A model generated the notes under the pieces. That model was given only the letters and a program-made list of their open reading frames with translations, had not been told where the DNA came from and did no database searches. 64,000 nucleotides of DNA from Yuukianura sp. NJ FZ-2021 (Eukaryota): assembly GCA_046563655.1 (NCBI GenBank), contig CM102285.1:11966001-12030000 (forward strand). The letters are read 5' to 3'. Below are positions 44,839 through 58,154 of the stretch, piece by piece (the first letter of the stretch is position 1; every line of letters starts with the position of its first letter). A program made the position numbers and the translations under genes.

Positions 44839-46563
44839 CGTGTTTAGACACTTCAAATTGAAGCTTTTCCTTTGATGGAATTAATTGAATATAAAGAGCT
44901 TCTTCAAAATCTAAGCAGCTCCTAATTTATTAACGTTGTGTTTCGAACCCTTCAAAATTCAAAATTGCTCACCTCACCACTTTCACTTAAACAATCCTCT
45001 TCCTCAGCTTACAAATTTCATCAACGACATAACCGCACAGCATTTAGCCTTGAACGTGCCAGTGGAACAAAGTGAAAGAGAGTGTTTATTAGGCACTACT
45101 AGTCAGTTGTTGAAAGAAAGCAGACTAAAATAGAAAAAATTTGTAAGGATCCAGACAGGATTTCCGATACTCGATGGTTGCTGATGAGGATTATTTCCTC
45201 GATTATGGGATTAGGCCTGGTGAAAGTGAAGGAGAAAGCGCACTAGCGCAACGTCCGAAATGCTCGATTTTTGCTTTCACTTCAGCTTCACTTTTTTCTT
45301 GTTCCAGAAATTTTTTTTTCTTCTTACGCGAGAACTGAATTAAGAATGAGAGGTTCCTGGGGATGTTCTGGGAAAGTCCAGTTACGTTCAGAACGGAGAA
45401 GTTCTATTGTTAGTAGACATTTAATTCCTCAAACATCTTCTGACTTTCTTCGTCCAGAGCCAACTGAAACTTGAAATTTATGGTTCTCGGCCCATGGAGA
45501 AAGTGAATGCACATGAAAAAAAGAGGTTCCCTGGATAGTACTGGCACTCCTCCCATTCCACCACCCAGTAAAGCACTTTCCTTTGCTCGATGCTGCTTCT
45601 ACTGAAGTCAAAGATTCGTATACTACGACTGCCGCGTGGTTCGATGCTCTCGAAAAGCAAGGCTAAGGCCACACCAAAACCATTCTAAAGCTCCCAGACA
45701 GCCGCAGACTGAATTTTAAGTTTCTTTTTTATGCTCTGAACAGACCTGGAGAGTTAGCGCTAAAGCGTAAAAAATTTCCATTTTCCTTGCAAATTTTTCG
45801 CAGAAATCTTCCCTTTGTTACAATAAAAAGAAGAAAGAGGCTGCTACAAACAGATTAACTTTCTCCATTGAATTATGGGCTTAATCCTGCCTCGGCTTTT
45901 CTGGAATCGTAGAACCTAACTTCTAAAGATTTGAGAAGCCTTACTAGCTTAAAATTTGAAACGTTTCCAGAGATATAAAATGTTCAAAATTTCCAGAAAT
46001 TTCCAGTTCTGGAAAACGAGAAATGGTTCCATTTTATCAAAGTTTATTTGCGGATTGCGTTTCCATTTTTGAAAGTTCCACTTGACTATTTTTGGCAGAG
46101 GCCACGAAGGCTAAAGCCAGAAGGGAGGAGGCGTGCATCGTGCATTCGAACTGACTGCGTCCTAGTGCCTACTACCAGCATAGTCGTAGGTTGAATCAAT
46201 AGGGTGTCCATTGATTTTCTTCAAAAGACAAAAAGGAACTCAGGACTTGGGAGAAGGGCCACAGGAAATTTGATGCGAAAGGACAACTTTCCCCACGCCT
46301 CTGCCGTTCTACTGCTCTACTTTCACTCGTTTCACACTGGACTTTTTTAGATTCTAGAAACACAAAGAAAGCTCAGCAGAAAGGAGAAAAATTTTGGGAA
46401 AAAGAATTTCTGAACTGGAGAAAGCACAATAGAGAGTTCAAAATTTTGGTTTATTGAGCGCAAGGAATGATTGATTTGAGTATTAAATTGAAAGACTTTC
46501 GTGGGAAGTTCGTGTTAGGATTGAATTTTGAGCAATTGTGAAAGTTAGAGTTTTCGAAAATAG

Positions 46564-47824
46564 TTACATGGACTTTTCAATTTTGATAATTTCCAGAATT
46601 CCATCTTGCATTTCCTTGACGGCTTGAAATTCTGTGAGCCCCAGTCGGCGCTTGTTGGAAATGTCGTACACTCCTCCTTCAGCTTCAGTGTGCTCTCCGC
46701 GCGTTCCGCGAACTTGCAAGTTGTATCGTGCTGCGACTTCTTCCAACTTGGCATAGTTGGAAGCCAATTTTGGCACAGCGATGTGCACAGAAGCGCGAAT
46801 TGTCGTTCCCAAGTTGGTGGGACAGAAGGTCAAGTAGCCAAAGCGATCCGACTTGCTAAATTTCAGCTTCTTTTCAATTTCATTGACCCCTAGAAAGAAC
46901 CAAGGTCAAAGGTCAAACCAAAACTGCTTTTGGATCCTAAAATTTTGATTTTTTTTTTCAATTTTACCCGCAATGAGACGACGGTAGATGGCTCCAAGGT
47001 CACCGCCTTTTTGCATGGAAATGATTCGAAGATGATCTTCTTCGTTGACCCAGACGAGAAACGTTTTGTCGTTGTTATGGAAAATGCCTCGTCCAGTTGG
47101 CCAGAAGCGACAGGCATTTGCGGCTTGCAGGAATCGATCACCCTCCTTGAACAGAAAATGGTCATCGATGAGCTGCTGCTGAACTTCTTTGGTCATTCCG
47201 GTCAATGGGTAGTACACTCCCTTGTGTTCTCCAGCCAGTCCGCTCAGGACAGCAGAAGCCTGAAAAAAATTGCAGAAATTTTGAAAAATTCATAGACTAG
47301 AGTTGATCTTTTTTTAGAAAACGGTTTCTCACTTTCTGTTCCATTTCCTTGTACTGAGCTTCCGTAAGACACGGGTTGAAGGGATACCCATCCAGTGACC
47401 GTCCACAGCGCACGCGTGTTGACACGACAAAGGATCCTTCAGGGTCAAGGTTCACAAAGACATTTCCATCGCCAAAGTCCGGTGTAGGATGCTTGTCAGT
47501 CTTCTTGAATCCGCCGTGGTAGTCTTCAATAATAGGGTCAAAGAGAGGAGCAAAGACAGAGTAAGCATCGGCATCCGGAGCGTAGATTCCAACTCCGCTG
47601 TCCAAGTTTTCAAATCCGGATTGAACCACATCAAGCAGCGTTGACCCGAAACTGGTTTTCTTGTTCTTGAGTTCATCAAAGACGTCCTTGGTCAAGTACT
47701 TCTTGAGCAGGGAGTGACATTCGGGAGCATTTTGAAGTTTCTGGAATCCTTCTTCCAGTCGTTGAGCCACGTCAGGGTCAATTTTGGCACGACCTTTACA
47801 GAGTGTAGCTCCACAGAAAGGCAT
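46564..47824 (-). CDS. Arginine kinase, copy 1 (3 exons)
   Basis: [75 protein letters not shown]. Confidence 0.95.
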
Positions 47825-48249
47825 TTTGGATTGGAAATTTAGATGGATTTGGATTGAAATGAAAAATTTAGAAGGAAAAAATGTTGAGGTCAAGTTTAGA
47901 AATTTTGAGGTCAAGGAGGGCCGAATTAAAATTTTGACGTGGTGCCTGATCGAAGGCTGAAGGTGAACTGACCTTCAAAATCGCTGTTGCGAGATTTCAT
48001 GATTGTTGCAAATTTGTTGATTTTTTCAAAATTATAATTGTGGTTTCCTTGGAAACAAAATGAAATATGCAGAAATACAGCAGCAATAATGTGCGAAAAT
48101 GCCGTACGTGTGCAAAGGTCAATGACCTCAAGACCTCACCAGACCAAACCAGTTGTATTTTATGGATATGAGAGACGATGCATTTTATTTATAGAATTTT
48201 GGAAATTATTAAAATTCAAAATTTGAAAATTTTGGAGAAAGCCTGAAAG

Positions 48250-49499
48250 TCAATGCATTGAGCGTTCTAACTTGATGAGTTCAATGACCCCGTCTTGCAT
48301 TTCCTTCACAGCTTCAAATTCGGTGAGCCCAAGGCGACGTTTGTTGGAGATGTCGAAAACATGATCTTTGACCTTCGAATGCTCCCCGGCCGTTCCACGA
48401 ACTTGCAAATTGTACTCTGCAGCGATTCGTTCGACATTGGCCAGATCGGCGCCCAGTCTTGGTAGTTTGACGTGGACTGATGCTCTAATGGTCGTTCCAA
48501 GATTGGTGGGACAAAACGTCAAGTAGCCCAAGTGACTGGATCGGCTCCAGTCAAAATGTCGCCCGATTGCTTTCACGCCTGCAAAATCAATTTACAGCTC
48601 CAATTTTTTCTAAAAACTTAGCCCATCAATCAAAATTTGGTTCCATCTCACCTGTAACGAGACGACGGTATACCGCTCCCAGATCCCCACCCATTTGCAT
48701 CGAAATAATCCTCAAGTGATCTTCTTCGTTGAGCCAAACGAGAAAAGTTTTGTCAGTATTGTGGAAAATCCCGCGTCCGCTGGGCCAGAAGCGACAGGCA
48801 CCTGCGGCCTGTAGGAAGCGATCACCCTCCTTAAACAGAAAATGGTCTTCTGTCAACTGCAACTTCGTTGCTCGCTTCATGTCAGTCAAAGGGAAGTAAG
48901 TTCCCTGATGCTCTCCAGTCAGCTTCTTCAGGACAAAAGAGACCTAGACAAAAGTGTTGTTCAAACAAGAGTTGTTTCGAACAGAAAATTCAATTTGAAC
49001 TTTATTCTTCCAGCTTTACGTTTCCTTCAATCTCCAAGTACTGCTCAGCATCCAGACAGGGATTGAAGGGATACAGGTCCAGAGAACGTCCGACTCTCAC
49101 TCTCGTGGAAATGACAAAGTCGCCATCCGGATCCAAGTTCTGGATGGCATTGACATCTCCGAAATCCAGCGGTGGTTGATTATCGGTGGGGCGGAATCCA
49201 CCATGATACTCTTGGATGATGGGGTCAAACAGGTCGGCAAAAACAGTGTAAGCATCCGGATCAGGAGCATACACTCCAATGGAACTGTCTAAATTTTCTA
49301 CCCCTGACTGAATCACGTCCCAGAGGGTTGAGCCATACTCGGTCTCCCGCTTTTTCAATTTATCAAAAACAGCTTCTGTCAAGTGCTTCTTGAGAAGCGA
49401 TTTACAATTTCGAGCATCTTGGAGTTTCCGGTAACCATTTTCCAATTTCTTTTTCGTGGCGGGGTCAATCACCTTGTTCTTTTTCTTGGTCAAACACAT
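48250..49499 (-). CDS. Arginine kinase-like phosphagen kinase, copy 2 (3 exons, divergent)
   Basis: [58 protein letters not shown]. Same intron positions as copy 1. Confidence 0.93.
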
Positions 49500-50231
49500 T
49501 CTACCCCCAAATTTTGTTGAAAAATTTTGAATTCTAAATTTTGATCACCCTTCTCCGCTCCGTTGAGCAAAGAATTTGTTTCGGAGCATGGATTCCATAA
49601 AACTGATATACAGTTTTGCAATGCGGGTATATTGCGGGATTGGAAAATATTTATGCAAAACTGTAGTACCGTCTCCATGTATGCATTTTGGAATTTCAAC
49701 ATACTTCAAATAAATAAATCGTTAAAAGCATAATTTTAATAAAATCATGAATATTAAATACATTAATTAACTTCGTTGTCTACATTCATATCTACACAAC
49801 TTAGCTTTAAGTGTTGAACATAGAGCAATTTTGGAAAAAAATTTTTACATCGTCAATTATGTGGGTTAGTAGGCTCCAAAACGCTGTTTTTTGCTTTTGC
49901 AATTTAGAAATTCTCTGAGAATTATTCTCATTTAAACTTTTAGGTAAACCAGCGGATTTGAGTGAGTTTTATTGAAATTTAAAAAAAAAGTAGTATGAAA
50001 TTTTTAGTTGAAATTTCTTTTCTGTTAGATTTGGAAATTTGATTATTGTTAACGGTGTGATGTGAAGTGCTGTAATCAGAAGTGTTGAAATTGATAAGAT
50101 TCGAAAGTGGTAAAAGTGTAGGCGCGGAATTGAATCAAACTTTCAGTTAGGTAATTCTGAAAATTCGTCAAAGTCAAGAAACTTTAAAGTTGAATTTGAT
50201 TTTAATTTTTGACTATTTTAACAAATTAATC

Positions 50232-50727
50232 ATGGTGAACAAGAGTTCTAGGTCAAGCAGAGCTAAAGGCAGCAGCGGCGTCGCCAATCCGAATTATACT
50301 CCACAATCTAAACCCGCACATGGATTTAAATCATTTGCAGAATTTTATCCATTTTATCTTGGTGAACATTCAAATAAAATTTGTCGTCGTCTTCATATCA
50401 TTGGATCCTCAATTGCAATTTTGATGTTCATCACTGCTGTGCTAACTGGAAACTTTTTGTTAATTCCTGGGGGATTCGTTCAAGCCTACGCCTTTGCTTG
50501 GATTGGGCACTTTGTATTTGAAAGGAACAAGCCAGCTACGTTTGAGTATCCACGGTATTCCGTAAGTTCCTTCTTCAAACTTTTTGACATTGATTTATTA
50601 AAAAGAAGTTTCTTTTTGTGTTAAAAAATTGAATTCTTGAAAAGATTTATTCTTGTTTTGATGTTTTCAGTTGATGGGAGATTTCAAGCTGGTTTCGGAA
50701 GTGTATACAGGGCAGCGTCCTTTCTAA
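50232..50727 (+). CDS. DUF962 (Mpo1-like family) short membrane protein, ~128 aa, 2 exons (50232-50561, 50671-50727)
   Basis: FKSFAEFYPFYLGEHSNKICRRLHIIGS...YAFAWIGHFVFERNKPATFEYPRYS | LMGDFKLVSEVYTGQRPF-stop. Confidence 0.85.
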
Positions 50728-50942
50728 ACAGCACAAAACACTGCGTTCTGGATTTGTCAACCGCTTTTGACAAATGTGATTTTTATGTCGCAAGGCGCTT
50801 TGCGAAATAAATCGATAGTGATTCATAATATTTCCAGAAAAACGTTTTTTTATGGTTATGTTTTCGACTTTTGGCGTTACGGTGATTTCAAAAAGTAGTG
50901 AAAGTAAAAACGAATGAGAGTGCAGCAGTAGTTTTTGAATGT

Positions 50943-51952
50943 TTAGTGCTTGGTTCCGTAGTAAAATGATCTTGGGCGTTCCGGTCCAAGCGATCTCTCT
51001 GGTGGGTCCACGGGAATTGAAAATATTGGATTTCGTAGTTCAATGGATCGCGATATGCAAGGATTCTTTGGCTGAGTCTTCGAAAAGAACACGGTTGCGG
51101 CGGTAATCCAATAGAAAGCACCGTTGCACAACGTAATAATCTAAATCAAATAAGGTTTCAGGTTAGAAGAGATGTGAATTAAGGTTAATCATCCCCCATT
51201 GTATTACGAGACGTTACAAAAGTGGACTAAAGTGATCCAAGATGCGTTAAAACTAGAGCAAAATTGCTGTAGCAAGGACGTTATGACAGAATTTTCTGAC
51301 AATTCTGTCGAAAGCGTCTCTGGGCTACCTTTTTTCTCCAAATTCAGCAGAAACTGTAACGTTTCGAGTTGGTGAAAGTTTGTAGCAATTAATAATTTTA
51401 GAAAACAGTGTTTACCCCTGCGGCCATTTTGATTCCATAAAATTGGCAGAAGAGATGCGGAAACACAGTGAAAATTAGTTGACAGTAGGTTCGGTCATTG
51501 TCCACTGTTGAGTAGATGACGAGGCCAGCGGCAATTGGCAGCGTCACGGCCGTTATGACATGAAATGCAATATCCTGCAAATCCAAACGAAAATGTTGTT
51601 TTTGAAAACACTTTTTCTGGAGGATGTTAAATGTCCATAGATGTTAAGGTTTGCTTACCAAGGCCAAAGCAATGTCAGATCGCTCCAGTTTTGTTGACAC
51701 GGCCAAGAAAATTCCAAAGTCGATTACAGAGACAATCAGTGCTGTTTGAACAGTGCGAAGAAAAAATTCTTCTTGAACAATCGTTTCGTCGTAGGAGTAA
51801 GCTCCAAGGCCAAACGCTGCACTCCCGGCAATCTGAAATTTCAAAAAATGGGAAAAGCAAATATTGTTTGGATTTTGGAAGAAAAAGAACAAAAAACTCA
51901 CAATCGTTAGCAATTTGAAGATTCCAGAAACAGTGAAACAGTAGAAAGTCAT
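50943..51952 (-). CDS. Small 4-TM MARVEL-like membrane protein, paralog B (4 exons)
   Basis: MTFYCFTVSGIFKLLTI | IAGSAAFGLG.. | DIAFHVITAVTL..IKMAAG | IITLCNGAFYW. Same exon layout as paralog A. Confidence 0.7.
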
Positions 51953-52391
51953 TTCTCGGCAGAAATTGAATTTAAAAAATTCTGATTTTTGAGAATTCGT
52001 CAAAGATTTGAGAAAAGTGACAAAATTACGCTTCTTTTTGCACAAGCGTTGCGAACGTCTGTGTTTCCAGTCGACTTAACACACCTTCCTATTTCGAATG
52101 AAAAATTGTTTTACTTGAAATTGCATAACATTTGAACTCCGGAAGGACTCCTAGCGGAAGTAGTTGGCCATCCCAATTGAATATTAATTGCATTTTGCAA
52201 ATTAACAGTTTACTTTTCAAAAGACAAACGTACTGTAATTTAAATTCATAGTACGTTAACGTTGCATTGCAATTTACAGACTCTTCGAAATTGCTGTGTA
52301 TGAGGTTGGTTGAGCTAAGAATGGTCCTAGTGCTTTTACACCTGTAAATTTGTGCATCATGGTTTTGAGTCTTTGGTTTTTAGGGAAATAA

Positions 52392-53337
52392 TCAGTTGGA
52401 GGATAGCACCATTATTCCTGCTACAACATACATGATTCCGTTCATCAGGCCCACGACCTAGGTCAACAAATTTTGAAAATCAAACATGAAAAATCAGAAG
52501 TCACAAAAATTTAAAATTCTTAAAACTTACTCCAGCAGCAATTTTGAGTTCATAGTATCGATTACAGTTGAGCACCCGAGGTAGAATTTCATAGCATTTT
52601 TCAAAAAGATGTCCTTTGGAGCTTGCTAACCAAGTTAACCAATTTCCACCGCCTGAACCAAAAAATCGGCCTTCTGGAAACCCGTTATTGAGGCGTCCAT
52701 ACCCACTCGGACCATAGTCAGCATTAGGAATTGTTCCTGGAATGATCACTTCCGGTGGAATTAGGTTTCCACTGCGACTGTGTTCATAAGCGTCATAGAT
52801 ACATGGAATCCCACGGTCAATCCCACCGGAACACAAGTACTCCGTGTCCCACCGAAGATGTACGGCAGAGTAGATCATGAGACTGGCACTGACTAGGATC
52901 AGAAGAGCTCCTAGGAGATGGAATCCAGAATCCTAATGCAACAAAATTTAGAATTTAGAAAAAATCAAGGCTTTTCATTTTCCCTTAGCACTTAGCAGTT
53001 GCTTTTTTTTCTACAAAATCTTACAAAAGCTTTGTTTGTTCTGTGTAAATCCAAGTCTTTAATGAAGATGTGGGCCGCTAGGTACAAAATTGACACGACG
53101 AGACAGCCAATGACCACGCCCAAGAAAACTTCTTCTTTCCAAACCCGGTCTACTGAAATTGCTGCCATTATTATGCACAATATACCCAAAATCTGAAAAC
53201 AAAAACCTCAAAATTTCAATTCTAAAAACAATTTTGAAGCGCAGTTTCGGCAATCTAAAATTTTGGATTTCCAGAACGCTTACCACTGTCAGTAATTTTG
53301 TAATTCCGCTGCGATTTGCAAGATACGGTCCTGGCAT
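52392..53337 (-). CDS. Small 4-TM MARVEL-like membrane protein, paralog C, with long second loop (4 exons)
   Basis: MPGPYLANRSGITKLLTV | ILGILCIIMAAI.. | DSGFHLLGALLIL..LKIAAG | VVGLMNGIMYVVAG-stop. Confidence 0.7.
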
Positions 53338-54119
53338 GATCAGTTTATGCTGAAATTCTTTGTTTTAAAAAATTCAATCAAAAAGTACACTTTTTTAATG
53401 CTCTGTTGTGCTTTCCACTTGCAGCGACGCCTCAATGGAAACTTTAACTGTAGTTTGCAATCCAGGAAATTACAAAAAGGAGATAATTACTTTTGAAGCA
53501 TAGGATAATTAGGACCTTTCTAATGTCTCTAGTGATCTTGGAAAGATTTACACCTTTTTAGGTCATCAAACTCCAAACCTAACGTAAAAGTACATATAGG
53601 CTTCCCTCTTTATGATTTTAGTAATCTAATCCTTAGGATATGACCAATTTCCGGTAGACTTCAAGTCATCGGAAACAGACTGTTTCGGAGTGCCTTTGCA
53701 CAGCAAATTCAATTCAGGAGAACGCTCACTTTGAGTAAAATGTCATAAACGAATTCATCCTACTCGAAAACCAGTTGCAAGTTTTCGAATTAAGAATCGA
53801 AATTTTATTTTTCATTTAAATTAATCGTGAAAATCCTTAGCATGCTACATTTTTTGTTCAAAATTTTGAAACAGAAAAATTCTCCTTTTAATTTTTTCTT
53901 ACACCAAATAAAAATCCCAGGATTTTTCTTCACCTGCTTTTAAATTTGGGACTAAAAAAAGAAAAAAATTAATTTTGTATGGTGTCTAATTGTAGCAAGA
54001 AAATTTTGTTATAAAAATTTTATTTTCGGATTTTTGATAAAAATTTTTGTTTCTTAAATGAGTTCAGCTTGAAAATTGTTATGGAACTCAATTTGAAAGG
54101 AATCCAGCCTTGCAGAACT

Positions 54120-55478
54120 TCACACGTCTTCTTCTTCTACTACTTCTTCCTCTTCGTTTTTCAAAATTGGTTGGGAATTCCGCCGTTTTGTTCCACACGT
54201 AGCTATTGCATGAAACCAACCTCTGACTTCGAGGATTGCCGAACATGGCAAAGTAAGTAACTGAAAAAAGTGTGTTCTAAATCTCTGTTTGAACATGCAG
54301 AGAAAAGCTCCTTTCAAAGAGGAATTCAGCGCCAGAAGGACGTTAGAAGTGTAAAGCACATCAGGGCGTGGCTTTCTTCGCAAAAATCCACGAGCAATTC
54401 GACTGTAATTTGTTGGCGCATTGCAAATTATGAACATCAAAACAATGCTAACGCAGAGTCTGCCCAAATTATTTTCATGTCTTTGCACCTGTGTCAACAT
54501 TTCTCTTCGAATGAAAGATTTCAGGATCTGAAAAACCAAAAGGTCAAAGTTCAGTTTTCACTTCTTCGAAAATATGATTGCAAGATGTTCAGACTTACAT
54601 GAACTGTGATTGCAAGGATCGAGAAGATCATAACAGACGATGGAATGACAAATCTCGTCATGAACCAAGTGACAAACAAGTAGTATTTCCTGTAGTCCCG
54701 AATTGTCATCAAACCCAGCGGTATGATTTCATACACTTTGTCTCCCGAAGGTCTCTCGGTAACAATGGATCCATAATCAAAAAATCTTGGAAGATTGATC
54801 ACAATTGACAGAAAAACTAAAATTATAACGAATTTGTAGGATCGAGAAATGGAACAAAGACGACGATGGGAAAATGGACGACACAGGACAACATAACGGT
54901 CAAAAATTAGCAGCGCCGTGAAGAATGTCGTAGCAGTGTAACCTACAAAAGAAAAACAAATCCTTCAAAGCACAGCTTAAAACGTTTGTAATTTTCAAAT
55001 ACTCAAATGTGAATACTGAATTTTGGTTTGAAAAGATGAATTTCAGTAGATGCTTACCCATGTTAACAAGTGGGTAAAAGTATGGAGCCATTGACGGTGC
55101 AAAGACGCCGGTGAACCCAGGAGAAAGTCCAGGATACTTGAGAAGTTGTGGAAGGATAAATGCAAATCCATTAACAATTAGGATAAACAAATCACTCCAA
55201 ACTACACTAAATAGAAAAGTGTACACAGGAGCATGGGAATCTGGTTTCCGCAGAACTAGAAGCGAGCAAATGTTTCCTATGATTCCAAAGAAGTGAATAA
55301 TGGATTGCAAAAGTCCGCAAATTAAGAAATGGAGCCCTTCAGTATGAACGTCTTCGGAATCACAAAATGTGTCAATTCTGTCATGGTGTCTGATATAATA
55401 TTTGACAGAGATGCTGGTGTTTTTAAAACTAGTGGACACGGCTGCTGTTGCGTTTAGAAAATGCGTTCTGTTTTCCAT
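54120..55478 (-). CDS. Rhodopsin-family peptide GPCR, FMRFamide-receptor-like (3 exons)
   Basis: FGIIGNICSLLVL, WSDLFIL, FDRY, INLPRFF, FVIP, SIVLMFIICNAP, LALNSS. Confidence 0.75.
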
Positions 55479-56099
55479 TTTTTCAAAAAGTTAAACTACA
55501 AATCCGAAATTTCAAAATCCTATGCACTACTGAAAACTACTACTACAAGACTCCATAGTGGTGAGTGAAGAAGAGCTAGCAGGAGTTAATTAAGTTTAAT
55601 AATTTTGTTTAATTAGTAAGACATTGGCAGACATTCCATTTCCAATTGACCTGAATTGAAAAAGTCTTCAACCGCAACTTTTTTTAACTCAAGAAATCAC
55701 CAACTTTACTAAGGAAAATAATAGCCAGTTGGTGGTTTTCAAAAAAAAAAATGAGCACAAAAAATTTTAGCGTGCAAAATGGTACTCTAGTTGGGCTAAT
55801 TTAAAATTTTATGGGAAATTTTGAAAACATTTGGAAAAACAAAGTTTCAATCGACATGCTGAAGAGAAAGTTTTTAGTTTTCACTTTCACTAGAGAATTC
55901 GAACAGAACTTTCTCACGATATGATGCCAATCTGTTCAAGAAAATTGAAAAAGTTGTGTTTTTGAAAAATCAATTATCAGTCCACTCCAATTTCAAAACT
56001 AATTTGAAGAACAGTAAAGCTCACTGCTATAAAAGACGCTAAAAACGCGACGCCACGATTTCAGAAAATCACAAAATTTTGAACAAAATTTAGTAGAAA

Positions 56100-57344
56100 A
56101 TGGTGCTGACCAATTTTTCAGTTCCGTACAACATTGGTTTGGCCATTGGCCTTGTTTTGCCTACTGGCTCAACAAAAATTAGAAAATTTCTAGGTATTCC
56201 ATTATGGAAAATTTACTTTATCATTTTTCAGTCTTTTCAACTTTTTCATGTAGTTGATTTTTCAATTCATCGTTCATACCACGTAGGTTCATCTCGTTTT
56301 GAAGATGTAATTTCTGGTATAATTTACATTTTATTTTTTACTTTCGTCTATTCTATTCGTTTATACTTGTACTTTTTTCGAGACCAAATCAACTCCGTGT
56401 TAGTCCAAGTTGAAACTGAGCTCCGATTTTTCCAAAATGGACGGAGAAAGTGCTCTCTGGACTTACACTTTTATGATGCACTGTTCATTTGGACAGTTTC
56501 TATTCTCAGCTTCAGTTTATCAATCATTAGTGTCCTAAAGTTTGAAGGAAAAGGGACTTTCTTAGCCAGATTCTTCCAGGAACAGTTTGTGTTCATCCCT
56601 CTTGACATTATCGTTGCTTTCCCTACCTTTGCTACTCTCTCGGTAACTTTCACCTATGTCCTAATCGTCATGAAGTATGGTACGGTCATATTAGAAAATT
56701 TTTGTGCACTTTGTGTTACCAAACTGCAGAAAGTTGACAGTGGTCACACGCACACCACTGTTGTTGTTCTACAAGAAGAAATGTACAGAATGATCAAGAT
56801 TTTTGGTTCATTGGGAAAGGAAATCGGACCTCTCGTTTTTGGCGTTATAATTTCAAATTTAATTGGACTTATTCAAGCTATTGGAGTTGTCATTATTTAC
56901 TCAAATGGATCTGACAGGTCGATCTATGGCCTCTTCTATTTCGTTTTCTATCTGCTACAATTCTATCTTATTCAACTGGGTCACCAAATTCATAATAAGG
57001 TGTAAAAAAATCTGGTTCGAAAAAATTCTTGAGATGTTTATGACCTTTGACATTTTGCAGATTCAAGATCAGCAACTCAGAATTCGAATCTTGGTGGCCG
57101 AAATTGACAGCGTGGGAGCCGAAAATCAGTACTTGGAAGCTTTAGGTCCATTTTTTCATTGGAAATGGAGGTTTTCTGCTTGCGGCTTCTTTCGCACAGA
57201 TCACACCATGATGTCAGGCGTAAGTTATTACTACCAACAAAAACAAAACATAAAACAATCAACAAAACTAATGTTTTCCAGGTACTGTCTTTTGCATTGT
57301 CATACGTCATCATCATTGTACAACTTCACGGAGTTAATACGTAA
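56100..57344 (+). CDS. Gustatory receptor family (7tm_7-like) protein, 3 exons
   Basis: Multiple TM segments. The C-terminus FSACGFFRTD..| VLSFALSYVIIIVQL matches the GR TYxxxxxQF motif, with the two late introns typical of GR genes. Confidence 0.8.
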
Positions 57345-58154
57345 ACACAACACTCTTTCCTCTACATTGAATTAGTTCGTGGAAATCTGTAAGCAAATTA
57401 AAAATAGAAAATTAGCGTCAGCTTGGATCTCCCCAGCCAAAAATAAACAATAGGATTTGAAATTGCAAATTAGTTACATGGAAAGACAAACATTATGGAA
57501 AATCCGTGTCTCCAAACTGCTTTGAACAAACCGATTATTGGAAAATGGGCCTCCTACATTAATCGTTAATCACACTAATCTCCGTAGAACATATGTCCAC
57601 GCTTTCAGCAGTTCGAAATTGACGTATTAGTTTTTTTCCGCTAGGTAAACAAACATTATGCGGAGATCTCGGGGGCAGCTTTTTAGCACATTGTCTTTGT
57701 CATCCTAATCTGTGCGAAAAAGGGGTGCGATTAGCAATTCATTAATGCCGAGGACACTCCAAAAACAATATTTTATGGAACACTCACACGCCAGGAGCAT
57801 CCTGATACTTGAATCGTCAGTCGTTGCTGGACATGTCAGGTAGGAAGTGAAGAGGACATCACGGGTTTCCCTTAAGTAGACATTTTTTCCATTTTGAAAC
57901 TGAGTTGCAGGAAAAAATCTTGTTTATAAACTAAGCGAAGGCGTTGCTTGTACCGTGGACCGTGAGAATTCTAGAAACAAAAAACAAGATTTTAATTTCC
58001 TCGCGCTTATCCTCATCAACTTGGACTAAAAAGTTTAGTTACCTTACCTCCTCCTTTCATCCACGGACAACAAGAAAAGAATTGTTCCAGAAAAAATGGA
58101 ATTTTCACAAAATATCTTCCTTGCCTCGAACTTTTAGCAACAAGACCTTGAACA

